The translations under genes were made by a program, and so were the position numbers. 44,149 nt of DNA, taken from positions 1 to 44,149 of the forward strand of contig JANNQH010000876.1 in NCBI GenBank assembly GCA_031400655.1. The letters are read 5' to 3'. How positions within the stretch are numbered: position 1 is the first letter of the stretch; the number at the start of each line of letters is the position of its first letter. The DNA comes from Deltaproteobacteria bacterium. Its GTDB lineage: Bacteria; Myxococcota_A; UBA9160; UBA4427. This document shows, piece by piece, positions 35,768-44,149 of the stretch. The notes below the pieces were generated by a model that saw only the letters and a program-made list of their open reading frames with translations, ran no database searches and had not been told where the DNA came from.

Positions 35768-36640
35768 ATGGAATTCTGGCAATCGCTGGCCCTGACCGAG
35801 ATGGACGAGCTGGTCGAGCTCGCGCGCTTCGCCGAAGAGGTCGGCTTCGACGGCATCACGATTTCGGACCATCTCGCGACGCCTAAGGAGATCCGCACGA
35901 CCTATCCCTACACGGAGGACGGCAAGCCGATGTGGGCGCCGGACGACGCTTTTCCCGACCCCTGGGTCCTGATCGCGTCGATGGCCCAGGAAACGAAACG
36001 CATTCGATTCATGCCCTTCGTCTACGTCCTTCCGATGCGAGACCCCTTCAGTGTCGCGAAGCTCGTCTCGAGCGCAGCCGTGTTGTCGCAGGAGCGCGTC
36101 GTTCTCGGCGTTGGAACCGGCTGGATGGAGGAGGAATTCGCCCTGGTCCAGCGCGCGTTCCGTCGCAGGGGACGGCGCACGGATGAGATGCTCGAGGTGA
36201 TCGCAAAGCTCCTCTCGGGCGCGACGGTCGATCACGAGGGCGAGTTCTACGCCTTCGAGGGTGTCCACATGGCGCCTGCGCCGACGCGTCGGGTCGAGGT
36301 CCGGATCGGCGGCCTGAATCGCGCCGCCCTGATCCGGGCAGCTCGACACGACGGCTGGCTCGGCCTCGGCCACTCGCCCGAGGAGGTCGAGGCGATCGTC
36401 GCTTTTCTCGAATCGGAACGGAGTCGACTGGGGCGCAGCGAAATGCCCTTCGACGTCATGATCTCCCACCACCCCAGCGATCCGGATGCCGGGGAATACG
36501 AGCGTTACCGGGACGCGGGCGTCGACAGCGTCAACGTGCCGCCCTGGCGCTACCGGGGCATCGCCTCGATGTCGCTCGACGCGAAGCGCCGGTCGCTCGA
36601 GGAATTCGCCGAGCGATACATCGTGCGGCGCGCGGCCTGA
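35768..36640 (+). CDS. LLM-class oxidoreductase, short (~290 aa) form resembling the F420-dependent subgroup
   Basis: Reads MEFWQSLALTEMDELVELARFAEEVGFDGITISDHL...VLGVGTGWMEEEF...RGRRTDEMLEVI. Confidence 0.88.
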   Translation: MEFWQSLALTEMDELVELARFAEEVGFDGITISDHLATPKEIRTTYPYTEDGKPMWAPDDAFPDPWVLIASMAQETKRIRFMPFVYVLPMRDPFSVAKLVSSAAVLSQERVVLGVGTGWMEEEFALVQRAFRRRGRRTDEMLEVIAKLLSGATVDHEGEFYAFEGVHMAPAPTRRVEVRIGGLNRAALIRAARHDGWLGLGHSPEEVEAIVAFLESERSRLGRSEMPFDVMISHHPSDPDAGEYERYRDAGVDSVNVPPWRYRGIASMSLDAKRRSLEEFAERYIVRRAA

Positions 36641-36652
36641 AGGGAGCTCGAC

Positions 36653-37522
36653 ATGCAGTTCTGGCTTTCGATCGCGCGCACCGACGTCGATCAACTCGTG
36701 CCCCTGGCCCGGCTCGCGGAGGAGCTCGGCTTCGCCGGCGTCACGATGAGCGATCACATCGTGCGCCCGCGACAGGTCGAGTCGCGCTACCCGTATTCGG
36801 CGTCCGGTCAGATGGCGACCGACGAGACGACGCCCTATCTCGATCCCTGGGTGCTCGTCGGCGCGCTGGCGCGGGCGACGAAGCGCCTGCGCTTCATGCC
36901 CTGCGTCTACATCCCGGCCCTGCGCGATCCCTTCTCCGTCGCGAAGAGCGTGGCGACCGCAGCGATCGTCTCCGACGATCGGATCCTGGTGGGGATCGGG
37001 GTCGGGTGGATGAAGGAGGAGTTCGACCTCGTGGAGCGGCCCTACGCGAATCGCGGGGCGCGGACCGACGAGCTGATGGCGGTCGTCCATGCGCTGCTCG
37101 GCGGCGGCATGGTCGAGCATCACGGAAAATTCTACGACTTCCCCCCAGTCGAGATGGCGCCCGTTCCCCGTCACCGACCGCCGGTCCTCGTCGGCGGCCA
37201 CAGCCCCGTCGCCCTGCGGCGCGCGGCGCGGGCCGACGGTTGGCTGGGCGTCCACTACGACGTCGAGACCGTAGTCGGCATTCTCCAGAGGCTGGCTGCA
37301 CTCCGGCGGGAGGCCGGCAGGACTTCGCTTGCCTTCGACGCCGCGACCGCGCTGACCGCTCCCCCCGCGGACGAAGACCTCGAACGCCTCGAGGCGGCCG
37401 GCGTTACGATGATCGTGCATCCCCCGGTGCTACGACCCGATGGAGCCCGCTCGAGCTTCGACGAGAAGCGTGAACGACTCGGGGCCTGGGCCCAGCGCTA
37501 CCTCCCGCGAAACGCAGCCTGA
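36653..37522 (+). CDS. LLM-class oxidoreductase, short form; tandem paralog of the preceding gene
   Basis: Reads MQFWLSIARTDVDQLVPLARLAEELGFAGVTMSDHI...LVGIGVGWMKEEF...RGARTDELMAVV. Confidence 0.88.
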   Translation: MQFWLSIARTDVDQLVPLARLAEELGFAGVTMSDHIVRPRQVESRYPYSASGQMATDETTPYLDPWVLVGALARATKRLRFMPCVYIPALRDPFSVAKSVATAAIVSDDRILVGIGVGWMKEEFDLVERPYANRGARTDELMAVVHALLGGGMVEHHGKFYDFPPVEMAPVPRHRPPVLVGGHSPVALRRAARADGWLGVHYDVETVVGILQRLAALRREAGRTSLAFDAATALTAPPADEDLERLEAAGVTMIVHPPVLRPDGARSSFDEKRERLGAWAQRYLPRNAA

Positions 37523-37530
37523 GGACGCCC

Positions 37531-38658
37531 ATGTACTTCGACTTCCGGACATGGTGGCGGATCGCGGGCCTGATCGCGCGCGAGCCGTTTCGGCTGCGAC
37601 GTGCGCTCTTTCTCTGGGCCGCATTCGTCGGCCTGAGCCTGCTCTCGGTCGTCAACATGATCTGCTTCGTGCTCGATCTCCTGCTCTTCCCGCGGCTGCG
37701 TGATCAGGCGGTGGTGAAGCCGATCTTCATCGTCGGCAACGGCCGGAGCGGGACGACGCACATCCACCGCATCCTCTCCGCCGACGGCGACCGCTTCTCG
37801 TTCTTCAAGACGTGGGAGCTGCTGCTGCCCTCGGTACTCGCGCACCGCCTGGTCGACGCGCTCGACGCCTTCGATCGTCGGATCCTCGGCAGCTGGGTCC
37901 GCGGCAGGCTCCAGCAGCGCGAGGACGACGCGCTCGAGGAGATCCGCAAGCTCCACGATTGGCAGTCGACTGGCTCCGAAGAGGACGACTTCGTGATGTT
38001 CGCCAACTGGAGCTCGGTCAGCCTCACCTTCCCGTTTCCCTATCCCGAGCTCGAGTACCTGTTCTGGACGGATCGGGAGCCCGAGGTAAAGCGCCGCCGG
38101 ATCCTCGCGTTCTACAAGGCCATGCTCCAGCGACTCCTCTACTGCCGCGAGGGCGAGCACATCCACTGCTCCAAGAGCCCGCAGTTCACGCTCAAGATGC
38201 ACGGGCTGCTCGAGCAGTTTCCGGATGCCCGCTTCATCGTCATGCTGAGACATCCCTACGAGACGATCCCGAGTCTGCTCGACCTGATGTCGCAGTACTG
38301 GCGGGCCATGGGCGCGCCGGAGGAGCTGGTCGGGGCTTCGGCCGAGCTGCTCGGCGAGATCCAGATCGCGCAGTACCGCTACGCCGTCGAGGTCGTCGAC
38401 CAGCTGCCCGAGAATCAGAGCATCATCGTGGATTTTCGCGACCTGTTGGCGGACCCGAAGCGCGTCGTCCATGGGATCTACGATCGCTTCGGGATCGAGA
38501 TGACGGAGGCATTCGACCGTTTCCTCGAGGAGGAGCGAGAGGCGGCGCGCGCGTTCAAGAGCCAGCACGAATACGATTCAGAGGGTCAGGGTCCCGCCCG
38601 TGAGCGCGTCGCTCGCGAGCTCGCAGACCTCTTCGAGCGCTTCGGCTGGGAGATTTGA
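37531..38658 (+). CDS. Sulfotransferase-family protein with an N-terminal hydrophobic anchor
   Basis: The PAPS 5'-phosphosulfate loop reads IFIVGNGRSGTTHIHRIL, followed by KSPQFTLKM...FIVMLRHPYETIPS. The hydrophobic segment reads LFLWAAFVGLSLLSVVNMICFVLDLLLF. Confidence 0.82.
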   Translation: MYFDFRTWWRIAGLIAREPFRLRRALFLWAAFVGLSLLSVVNMICFVLDLLLFPRLRDQAVVKPIFIVGNGRSGTTHIHRILSADGDRFSFFKTWELLLPSVLAHRLVDALDAFDRRILGSWVRGRLQQREDDALEEIRKLHDWQSTGSEEDDFVMFANWSSVSLTFPFPYPELEYLFWTDREPEVKRRRILAFYKAMLQRLLYCREGEHIHCSKSPQFTLKMHGLLEQFPDARFIVMLRHPYETIPSLLDLMSQYWRAMGAPEELVGASAELLGEIQIAQYRYAVEVVDQLPENQSIIVDFRDLLADPKRVVHGIYDRFGIEMTEAFDRFLEEEREAARAFKSQHEYDSEGQGPARERVARELADLFERFGWEI

Positions 38659-38686
38659 TGTCGTCGAACGCGAGGAACGACGTCTG

Positions 38687-39325
38687 ATGGCGCAGCACGC
38701 ACGCTCGCGACCCGAGAAGGCCGTCGTCGTCTCTGACGCGCCGGGCGCCGAGCTGCATTACCACCTGACCAGGCTCGATCTCTCGAGACGCGCGCTCTCC
38801 CTCCCGGTCGAGTCCGAGCCCCCCCGGTCCCTCACGAACTTCGCCGAGCTCTGGGGACCCGAGCCGAAGCTCCGATCGCTCGTCGCGCGGTGGCCCTTTC
38901 CGGCGCGTGCCTGGCTGGTCTCCGAATTCGTACCGGTCTCCTACGAGCGGACCTGGCGTTCGGGCGTAGCGAGCCCGGGCCTGCGCATGGTGAGCACCGT
39001 CCATCGCAGACCGGATCTCTCCCGCGACGCATTCGAGCAATACTGGCTCGGCCCGCATGCTGCCGTCGCGAAGAGCTATACGGTGCCCGTCTGGCACTAT
39101 GTCCAGAACGTCGTCCTCGAAGCCCTGGGACACGACTCCGACGTGGACGGCTTCGTGGGGATGCATTTCCGCACGGCCGAGGAACTGCGGTCCCGATGGC
39201 GCGATCATCCGAGGGAGGCGGCACGAGGTGCCGATGATGCAGCGAATTTCATGGCGACCGAGAGGTCGGTCGCCGTCACGACGATCGAGACGGTCTGGGA
39301 CGACGGAGTCAGCGCCAGAGGCTAG
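38687..39325 (+). CDS. EthD-domain protein
   Basis: The ATG at 38687 follows a GAGGAA RBS. The C-terminal half reads MVSTVHRRPDLSRDAFEQYWLGPHAAVAK...VQNVV...VDGFVGMHF. Confidence 0.65.
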   Translation: MAQHARSRPEKAVVVSDAPGAELHYHLTRLDLSRRALSLPVESEPPRSLTNFAELWGPEPKLRSLVARWPFPARAWLVSEFVPVSYERTWRSGVASPGLRMVSTVHRRPDLSRDAFEQYWLGPHAAVAKSYTVPVWHYVQNVVLEALGHDSDVDGFVGMHFRTAEELRSRWRDHPREAARGADDAANFMATERSVAVTTIETVWDDGVSARG

Positions 39326-39338
39326 AGGCGGGCAACTC

Positions 39339-40217
39339 ATGGATTTGAAGAAGACGGGAATCTGGTTCCACACCGACGCTTTGAGCGCCACGGAGGCGGA
39401 GACGCTGGTTCGTCGCGTCGAGGCGCTGGGATTCGGCGCCTTCTGGTTCGGGGAGGGCTTCGGTCGGGATCCGCTCGTGCACGCCGCCTTCCTGCTCGCG
39501 AAGACGACCGCGATCGTGATCGCGACGGGAATCGCATCGATCTACTCCCGCGATGCCGTCGCGATGGTCGGAGGGGCGAATGCGCTCGCGGAGCAATCCA
39601 GCGGCCGCTTTCTGCTGGGTCTCGGAGTCTCCATGCCGCCCCTGGTCGAGCCACGGGGACATCGCTTCGGCCCTCCGCTCGAGTCCATGCGCGCCTACCT
39701 CGCCGCCATGAAGGCCTGCCGATACGCCTCGGTCCCGCCGCGGGAAGCCCCTCCGATCGTGCTCGCCGCCCTCGGTCCCGAGATGACGCAGCTCGCCGCG
39801 CGGGAGACCCGGGGCTCCCATCCCTGCAACGTCACGCCCGAGTACACGGCGCGGGCCCGCGAACGAATTGGCCCCGACGCCTGGCTCTGTGTCGAGCAGA
39901 AGGTCGTTCTCGAGACCGCTCCGGCGCGCGCGAGAGAAATCGCCCGCGCCGGTCTCGCCCTCTACCTGGCCGTTCCCCACCAGCGGCGCAACTGGTCGCG
40001 ACTCGGCTTCGACGAGTCCGACTTCCTCGAGGGCGGATCGGACCGGCTCGTCGACGCGCTCGTGGCCTGGGGGAGCACTTCGGCGATCGCGGATCGGATC
40101 CGAGCACACCTCGACGCGGGGGCGACCCACGTCTGCATTCAACCGCTGCTGCCATCTGGCGAGCGTGTGCCGAGCGACGAGATGCTGGTCGCCCTGGCCG
40201 AGGCGGGCCCACCCTGA
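39339..40217 (+). CDS. LLM-class oxidoreductase, short form (a different subfamily from the tandem pair)
   Basis: Reads [46 protein letters not shown]...[10 protein letters not shown].... Confidence 0.88.
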   Translation: MDLKKTGIWFHTDALSATEAETLVRRVEALGFGAFWFGEGFGRDPLVHAAFLLAKTTAIVIATGIASIYSRDAVAMVGGANALAEQSSGRFLLGLGVSMPPLVEPRGHRFGPPLESMRAYLAAMKACRYASVPPREAPPIVLAALGPEMTQLAARETRGSHPCNVTPEYTARARERIGPDAWLCVEQKVVLETAPARAREIARAGLALYLAVPHQRRNWSRLGFDESDFLEGGSDRLVDALVAWGSTSAIADRIRAHLDAGATHVCIQPLLPSGERVPSDEMLVALAEAGPP

Positions 40218-40221
40218 GCCC

Positions 40222-40380
40222 GAGCCGTACGCTCGACGTCTCCAGGCTCTCGCCCGTCGACCAGCCCACGGCCCGGCGCGAGTAGAGATCGACCACGGTC
40301 GCCACGTACAGCCAGCCCTCGGCCGTCCAGACGTACGTCATGTCGGTAACCCACTTCTCGTTAGGCCCTTCGGTCGAAAC
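40222..40380 (-). mobile_element. IS3-family transposase (orfB integrase-core) relic, about 50 codons
   Basis: The reverse frame reads [42 protein letters not shown], the canonical start of the IS3 DDE core. No other part of an IS is present. Confidence 0.65.
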
Positions 40381-41014
40381 TTCTCGTCCTCGAGGCGTCT
40401 TCGCGCGTCGGGGTCGGAAGGATCTTGCAGGGCGAGTGCGACCTCGAAGCGCCCCTCCATTCGGCCCTCCACGCGGCCCGCCTCGCGGCCCGCCTCGCGG
40501 CGCATACGGCGCATGCGCTCGAGGTGCTCGAGGTGCTCGAGCGCCTCGGACAATGCGTAGTGCACCCCGATCCAACCGTCGTTGCGGCGCGCGACTCGTC
40601 GCTGCGCCGGCCGCGCGCATCGAAGCTCTGACCGGTGAGCGCGAACTCCTCCGCCATCCAGCCGACGCCCACGCCGAGCATGAGTCTCTCCCCCGAGAGC
40701 ACCGTTGCGGTCGACACGGCCTTCGCCAGCGTGAAGGGATCGCTCATCGACAGCACGTAGACACTCGAGAGAAATCGCAGCCGCACCGTCACCTGCGCCA
40801 GCGCCGCGTTCGTCACCTAGCAATCGGGATAGGGCGTCGCGGTGCCCGCCTCCATCTTTCCATCGGAGGCCTAGGGATAGCGGGATACCAGCTTCCCGGG
40901 TAGCACGAGGTGATCGCTGACCGAGATTCCGGCGAAGCCCAGGGCCTCGACGTGGCGTGCGAGGGCGGGCAGCTCGGCCGTCGGCGTGCGCGAGAGGGAT
41001 TGAAAGACCTGCAT
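40381..41014 (-). pseudogene. LLM-class oxidoreductase pseudogene (two nonsense codons, internal deletion with frameshift, 3' end cut by the IS3 relic)
   Basis: Reads MQVFQSLSRTPTAELPALARHVEALGFAGISVSDHLVLPGKLVSRYP, then a stop, then ...PYPDC, then a stop, then ...[48 protein letters not shown]...RGRRSDE. After a frame change it reads [12 protein letters not shown].... It is colinear with 36653..37522. Confidence 0.72.
40454..40541. repeat. Three adjacent short tandem-repeat arrays inside the LLM pseudogene
   Basis: 12-bp x4 at 40454-40501 (the last two units identical, CCGCCTCGCGGC), 9-bp x2 at 40500-40517 and 9-bp x2.7 at 40518-40541 (CTCGAGGTG). On the reverse strand this encodes [31 protein letters not shown]. 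Confidence 0.8.
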
Positions 41015-41015
41015 C

Positions 41016-42116
41016 TCAGCGGGTCCCCGTGAAGCGCGGGATCGCGTCGAAGGCGACGACGCGCTGCTCGACCTGCGGCTTCTCTCTTCCCTTGACGGTC
41101 CGAAGCCCCATCGTGCCCCGCGCGTGGCCCGCGGTCTCGATCCAGTTCGGATGCGATGGATCGCGGTGGGCGATGACGATGCGGACGCGGCCGTCGGACT
41201 CGGAGCGAGCAGCCACGTGGTTGAGGTCGATGCGGTGGTCCCGATGCTCGAGGGATTCGAGCCAGTAATTGTTGAGCTGGAAATTCCAGTAGTCGCAGTC
41301 GGGCGGGCGGAACTCGAGCAGCAGCGCCTGGTCCGCATCGAGCTCCCAGTACCCCTGGAGATAGAAGAGATTCGGGTCACCCTGGGCCCCCATCACGTCG
41401 AGGGGCCGCGCCTCGTTCGGATGCGCCTGGAACGCACGCGCCCAGTCGGCGAAGAGCGCCGTGTTGTTCTTCACGTAGGCCGCGGCGGAGAGCAGACGAT
41501 CGTGGAAGATCACCGGGTCGAGAGCAGGCATCTCCGCGTCCCCTCCGATCCGCTCGAGGGAGAGCTCGGCCAGCGTCTCTTCGTCCCGTTTCGAAAACGT
41601 CTGCCGCACCACCAGCTGATGCGGACGGACGACCGTGTCGAGGGCGATCCAGTTTCCCGGCTGCTCGCGCGCAGAGATCAGGATCTCGAAGCGATCCCCG
41701 CGATCGAGTCGGAGCTGACTTCCCTCGAGCGATCCGCTGCAGCCTGAGCGCGGGCTCCCCATTCCGCCGAAATAGGCGCCCAGGCTCAGATACGGGACGC
41801 TCCCGAGGCGCCCGCGAATCCGGTAGTCGTAGGCGTTGTCGAGGGGCGCCGTCAGGTAGTGGGAGTCCGGATTGTCGCAGCCGAGCTTGATGTCGGGCCG
41901 ACAGCCGAGACCAAGTCGCGGCGTTCTCGCCTCCGCGTTCTCGACCTGGCTCTCGAGGGCGAGTCGCAGGATGCGCGTTAGGTAGCGATAGCCCTCGGCG
42001 CGATCTAGCGGATCGCTCGGAACTTCGGGCCGGAGAATCGTGTGTCCGGCGCTCTTGAGGACCTCGCAGAATTCGTCCCAGAGCGCCCCGGTCTGCATGC
42101 GTTCGAGCTTGTCCAT
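41016..42116 (-). CDS. DUF1214-like domain protein (conserved hypothetical)
   Basis: 366-aa ORF from the ATG at 42116. Reads DYWNFQLNNYWLESL...DGRVRIVIAHRDPSHPNWIETAGHARGTMGLR, which resembles the DUF1214 signature. Its stop lies 1 nt before the LLM pseudogene start. Confidence 0.6.
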   Translation of the reverse strand: MDKLERMQTGALWDEFCEVLKSAGHTILRPEVPSDPLDRAEGYRYLTRILRLALESQVENAEARTPRLGLGCRPDIKLGCDNPDSHYLTAPLDNAYDYRIRGRLGSVPYLSLGAYFGGMGSPRSGCSGSLEGSQLRLDRGDRFEILISAREQPGNWIALDTVVRPHQLVVRQTFSKRDEETLAELSLERIGGDAEMPALDPVIFHDRLLSAAAYVKNNTALFADWARAFQAHPNEARPLDVMGAQGDPNLFYLQGYWELDADQALLLEFRPPDCDYWNFQLNNYWLESLEHRDHRIDLNHVAARSESDGRVRIVIAHRDPSHPNWIETAGHARGTMGLRTVKGREKPQVEQRVVAFDAIPRFTGTR

Positions 42117-42234
42117 CGGCGCGGCTCCCGACCCGCGCAGCGCGGACGTGCGAAGTCGCGATCGATCATCGCGGACCTGGATCGGGACCGCTACGGTCCG
42201 ACCGTTCGATCCACAGCGCCCGCGGAAGGCGTTT

Positions 42235-42656
42235 TTGTCCCACCTCGCAAGCTGGCTCCCCCGATACGACTTCGACGAGCACCACGAGCTCCCGATCGCC
42301 GCCGACGCCGCGACCGTGCGCAGAGCCCCGGCCCGCGAACGGGCTTGATGGCGCTCGGCGGATTCGTGCTGCTGGCGGACGAGCCGCTCGAAGTCGTGCT
42401 CGGCGTGACCGGGCGTTTCTGGAAGCTCGCGGGCGAGATCCTGCCGAGCGACCCCGCGAGCTTTCGCACACCGCCGCCGCCCGGCACCGCGCGGGCCGCG
42501 GTGAATTTCCTGCTCATCCCGCGCCCCGACTGCACGACCCTGGCCTCGACGGATACGCGCATCCTCTGCGCCGACGACCGGACGCGGCGGATCTTCGGCT
42601 GGTACTGGCGCGTGATCCGGCTCGGGAGCGGCGCGACCCGGCTCGCTATGCCGTGA
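42235..42656 (+). pseudogene. Conserved hypothetical (SRPBCC/DUF2867-like by eye), apparently frameshifted
   Basis: The N-terminal piece reads SHLASWLPRYDFDEHHELPIAADAATV in one frame, with a stop at 42346. The continuation LMALGGFVLLADEPLEVVLGVTGRFWKL...RRIFGWYWRVIRLGSGATR is in another frame. The start codon is uncertain. Confidence 0.35.
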
Positions 42657-42729
42657 AGGGCGTGACGCGCTCGTCGTCTTCCTGCGCGAGAACGAAGGGG
42701 CGCCGGAGGTCCGCATCAGCCAAGGCGGC

Positions 42730-43074
42730 ATGAACCCCGAGGTCGAGATCGAGACCGCTGCCTCGGGCATCTTCAAGCTCCACGACTGGGGCGTCATCGG
42801 CAGCCAGACGCGCATGCGCGGCTTCGCCCAGTACAGGATGCGTTTCACGCGGCGCTCGGGCGCCTGGCAGATCGAGCGCCTGGACCTTCGCTACCGCTAC
42901 CGCTACCGCGAGGACCACGCGGTCTACCTCGACGGCAAGCCCGCCTGGACGACGCCGACGCTCGGTCACCTCGACGCCGACGGCGACCCGGACGTGATCT
43001 CGTGGAGTCTGGTTGCCACGCCCGGCGGCTTCTCGACGCACTACGTCCCGGAGGCGCTGCGGGGACTGAGTTAG
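42730..43074 (+). CDS. SnoaL-like (NTF2-fold) fragment, probably N-terminally truncated
   Basis: Reads GFAQYRMRFTRRSGAWQIERLDLRYRY, typical of the C-terminal half of SnoaL_4-type proteins. The frame is open upstream (GRDALVVFLRENEG...) but has no start codon and overlaps the preceding gene. Confidence 0.35.
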   Translation: MNPEVEIETAASGIFKLHDWGVIGSQTRMRGFAQYRMRFTRRSGAWQIERLDLRYRYRYREDHAVYLDGKPAWTTPTLGHLDADGDPDVISWSLVATPGGFSTHYVPEALRGLS

Positions 43075-43278
43075 GTGCGGGTGTCCCGCTGCTGCGGGGC
43101 CTCGATCGACCGCGTCGCGCTCGACGCGTGCGGCGGTGTAGCGATCAGGAATGAATCAGAGACGGGCTTCGAGCCTGGAGCGGAGGGCGAAAGCCTGCGG
43201 CCCACGCGCGCGGCAGGGACGCAGCGCCCACGGCCCGGCGGAGGACGCGCTGGGCGCGCCCGGAGCGGTGGGCAGACG

Positions 43279-43354
43279 TGGCTCCCCGGGCAGGACTCGA
43301 ACCTGCGACAAGGCGGTTAACAGCCGCCTGCTCTACCAGCTGAGCTACCGGGGA
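43279..43354 (-). tRNA. tRNA-Asn (anticodon GTT), 76 nt with encoded CCA
   Basis: The reverse strand reads TCCCCGGTAGCTCAGCTGGTAGAGCAGGCGGCTGTTAACCGCCTTGTCGCAGGTTCGAGTCCTGCCCGGGGAGCCA. It has a 7-bp acceptor stem, anticodon stem-loop GGCGG-CTGTTAA-CCGCC and a GGTTCGAGTCC T-arm. Confidence 0.95.
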
Positions 43355-43451
43355 ACGGGATGCTCGGGCCGGCCGAGTTTAGAGCCTGGTTCTCCATCCG
43401 CAACGCTCACGAAGAGGCAGAATCGGGGCGACTCCCCATGGCCGAGGCCTC

Positions 43452-43934
43452 TCAGGCGTCCCCGAACGAGATCTCGACGACCTCGAGGTCGCGCTGGCCC
43501 TTGGGCACCTTGACGCTGACCTCGTCGCCGACCGACTTGTTCATCAGGGCCTGGGCGACCGGAGAGGTGACCGAGATGCGGCCCTGCTTGGCGTCGGCCT
43601 CGTCCTCGCCGACTATCGTGTAGCGGATCTTCTCGCTGTTCTCGCTGTCGACGAGCTGCACGGTGGCCCCGAAGCGGACCTTGTCGGGGGTTTGGCCGGT
43701 CGTGTCGATGATCTGGGCGCGGGCGATCTTGTCGTCGAGCATGGCCATGCGGGCGGCGATGTGGGCCTGCTTCTCCTTGGCGGCGTGGTACTCGGCGTTT
43801 TCGGACAGGTCGCCGTGGGCGATCGCCGTCTCGATGTCCTTCACGTTGGCGGGACGGTCGACGCTCTTTAGACGCTGGAGCTCGGCCTTCAAGGTTTCGT
43901 AGCCGCGCTGCGTCATCGGCACTCGCTGGGACAT
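43452..43934 (-). CDS. greA: Transcription elongation factor GreA
   Basis: The ATG at 43934 follows a GAAGGAAG RBS. Reads MSQRVPMTQRGYETLKAELQRLKSVDRPANVKDIETAIAHGDLSENAEYHAAKEKQAHIAARMAMLDDKIARAQIID...ISVTSPVAQALMNKSVGDEV. Confidence 0.95.
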   Translation of the reverse strand: MSQRVPMTQRGYETLKAELQRLKSVDRPANVKDIETAIAHGDLSENAEYHAAKEKQAHIAARMAMLDDKIARAQIIDTTGQTPDKVRFGATVQLVDSENSEKIRYTIVGEDEADAKQGRISVTSPVAQALMNKSVGDEVSVKVPKGQRDLEVVEISFGDA

Positions 43935-44149
43935 GGTCTTCCTTCTGGGGGGCGGATTGGCTTTCGTCGCAGGGACGCGGCGGAGTCCGATGAGTGCGTT
44001 TCGGACGCCGCATCGATTCGGGGAGAGGCTCGCAGACCCCGGCTCGCGACCGGTCGGCAAAATAAGCTACCCAGCACGCGCGGCTCGGGCAAGCAATCGG
44101 CCCTTTGGGGACGAGACGAGGGGCGGACAGACGGATGGACCAACCGGAG

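Noticed and set aside
40806-40873. Two in-frame TAG codons in the LLM-like gene, considered as possible recoding (for example pyrrolysine or read-through).
   Set aside because: The TAGs align with Tyr and Trp codons of the intact paralog, each a single-nucleotide change. The same gene also carries a deletion with frameshift and an IS-truncated end. Simple pseudogenisation explains all of this.
43075-43278. GC-rich 200-bp stretch between the SnoaL-like fragment and the tRNA 3' end, considered as an ncRNA or att remnant. It shares the short motif GCCTGCGGCCCA with 6956-6967.
   Set aside because: Only a 12-nt match was found, with no convincing stable, terminator-flanked structure and no repeat of the tRNA 3' end. 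The evidence is insufficient.
1-44149. Looked for CRISPR arrays, rRNA genes, integron attC arrays, and retron or DGR-like reverse transcriptases.
   Set aside because: No regularly spaced direct repeats, rRNA-like segments or reverse-transcriptase (YxDD) ORFs were seen on either strand.

Overview
High-GC, densely coding bacterial chromosomal window (G+C judged by eye, not computed). I found no rRNA and no CRISPR array.

Layout, left to right:
- 1-594: a partial K+ channel gene that runs off the window edge.
- About 0.8-8.7 kb: an accessory cassette. It holds a 1,588-aa secreted mosaic protein (subtilase, zinc-phospholipase-C-like domain, beta-helix, PEP-CTERM tail) and a HepT/MNT toxin-antitoxin pair. 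Two diverged copies of a short coding relic bracket it. IS91-family and rve-type transposase pseudogenes follow it.
- About 8.7-40.2 kb: a patchwork of tightly packed acyl-CoA-centred redox and catabolic operons with IclR and TetR regulators. Products include PhyH and TauD dioxygenases, PF04909-type amidohydrolases, two acyl-CoA ligases, two enoyl-CoA hydratases, SDRs, a thiolase-like/DUF35 pair and thioesterases. Also present are a lone molybdopterin (XDH-family) subunit, a PPOX-type flavoprotein, an O-methyltransferase, and a six-gene operon: P450, LLM, LLM, sulfotransferase, EthD, LLM.
- About 40.2-43.3 kb: a decaying segment with an IS3 relic, a luciferase-like (LLM) pseudogene, an intact DUF1214 gene and two damaged small genes. 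It abuts the 3' end of tRNA-Asn(GTT).
- 43452-43934: greA.

Most notable observations:
1. A near-identical 129/132-bp direct repeat brackets a 10.7-kb gene block. Each copy carries a promoter/operator plus one live and one vestigial gene start. The same TetR-type operator therefore sits in front of two different oxygenase operons.
2. The subtilase/PLC-like/beta-helix/PEP-CTERM fusion protein.
3. The P450/LLM/sulfotransferase/EthD operon with a divergent methyltransferase.
4. Repeated gain and decay of luciferase-like oxidoreductase genes: 4 intact copies and 3 relics.

All family assignments are by-eye motif recognition and need HMM or BLAST confirmation.
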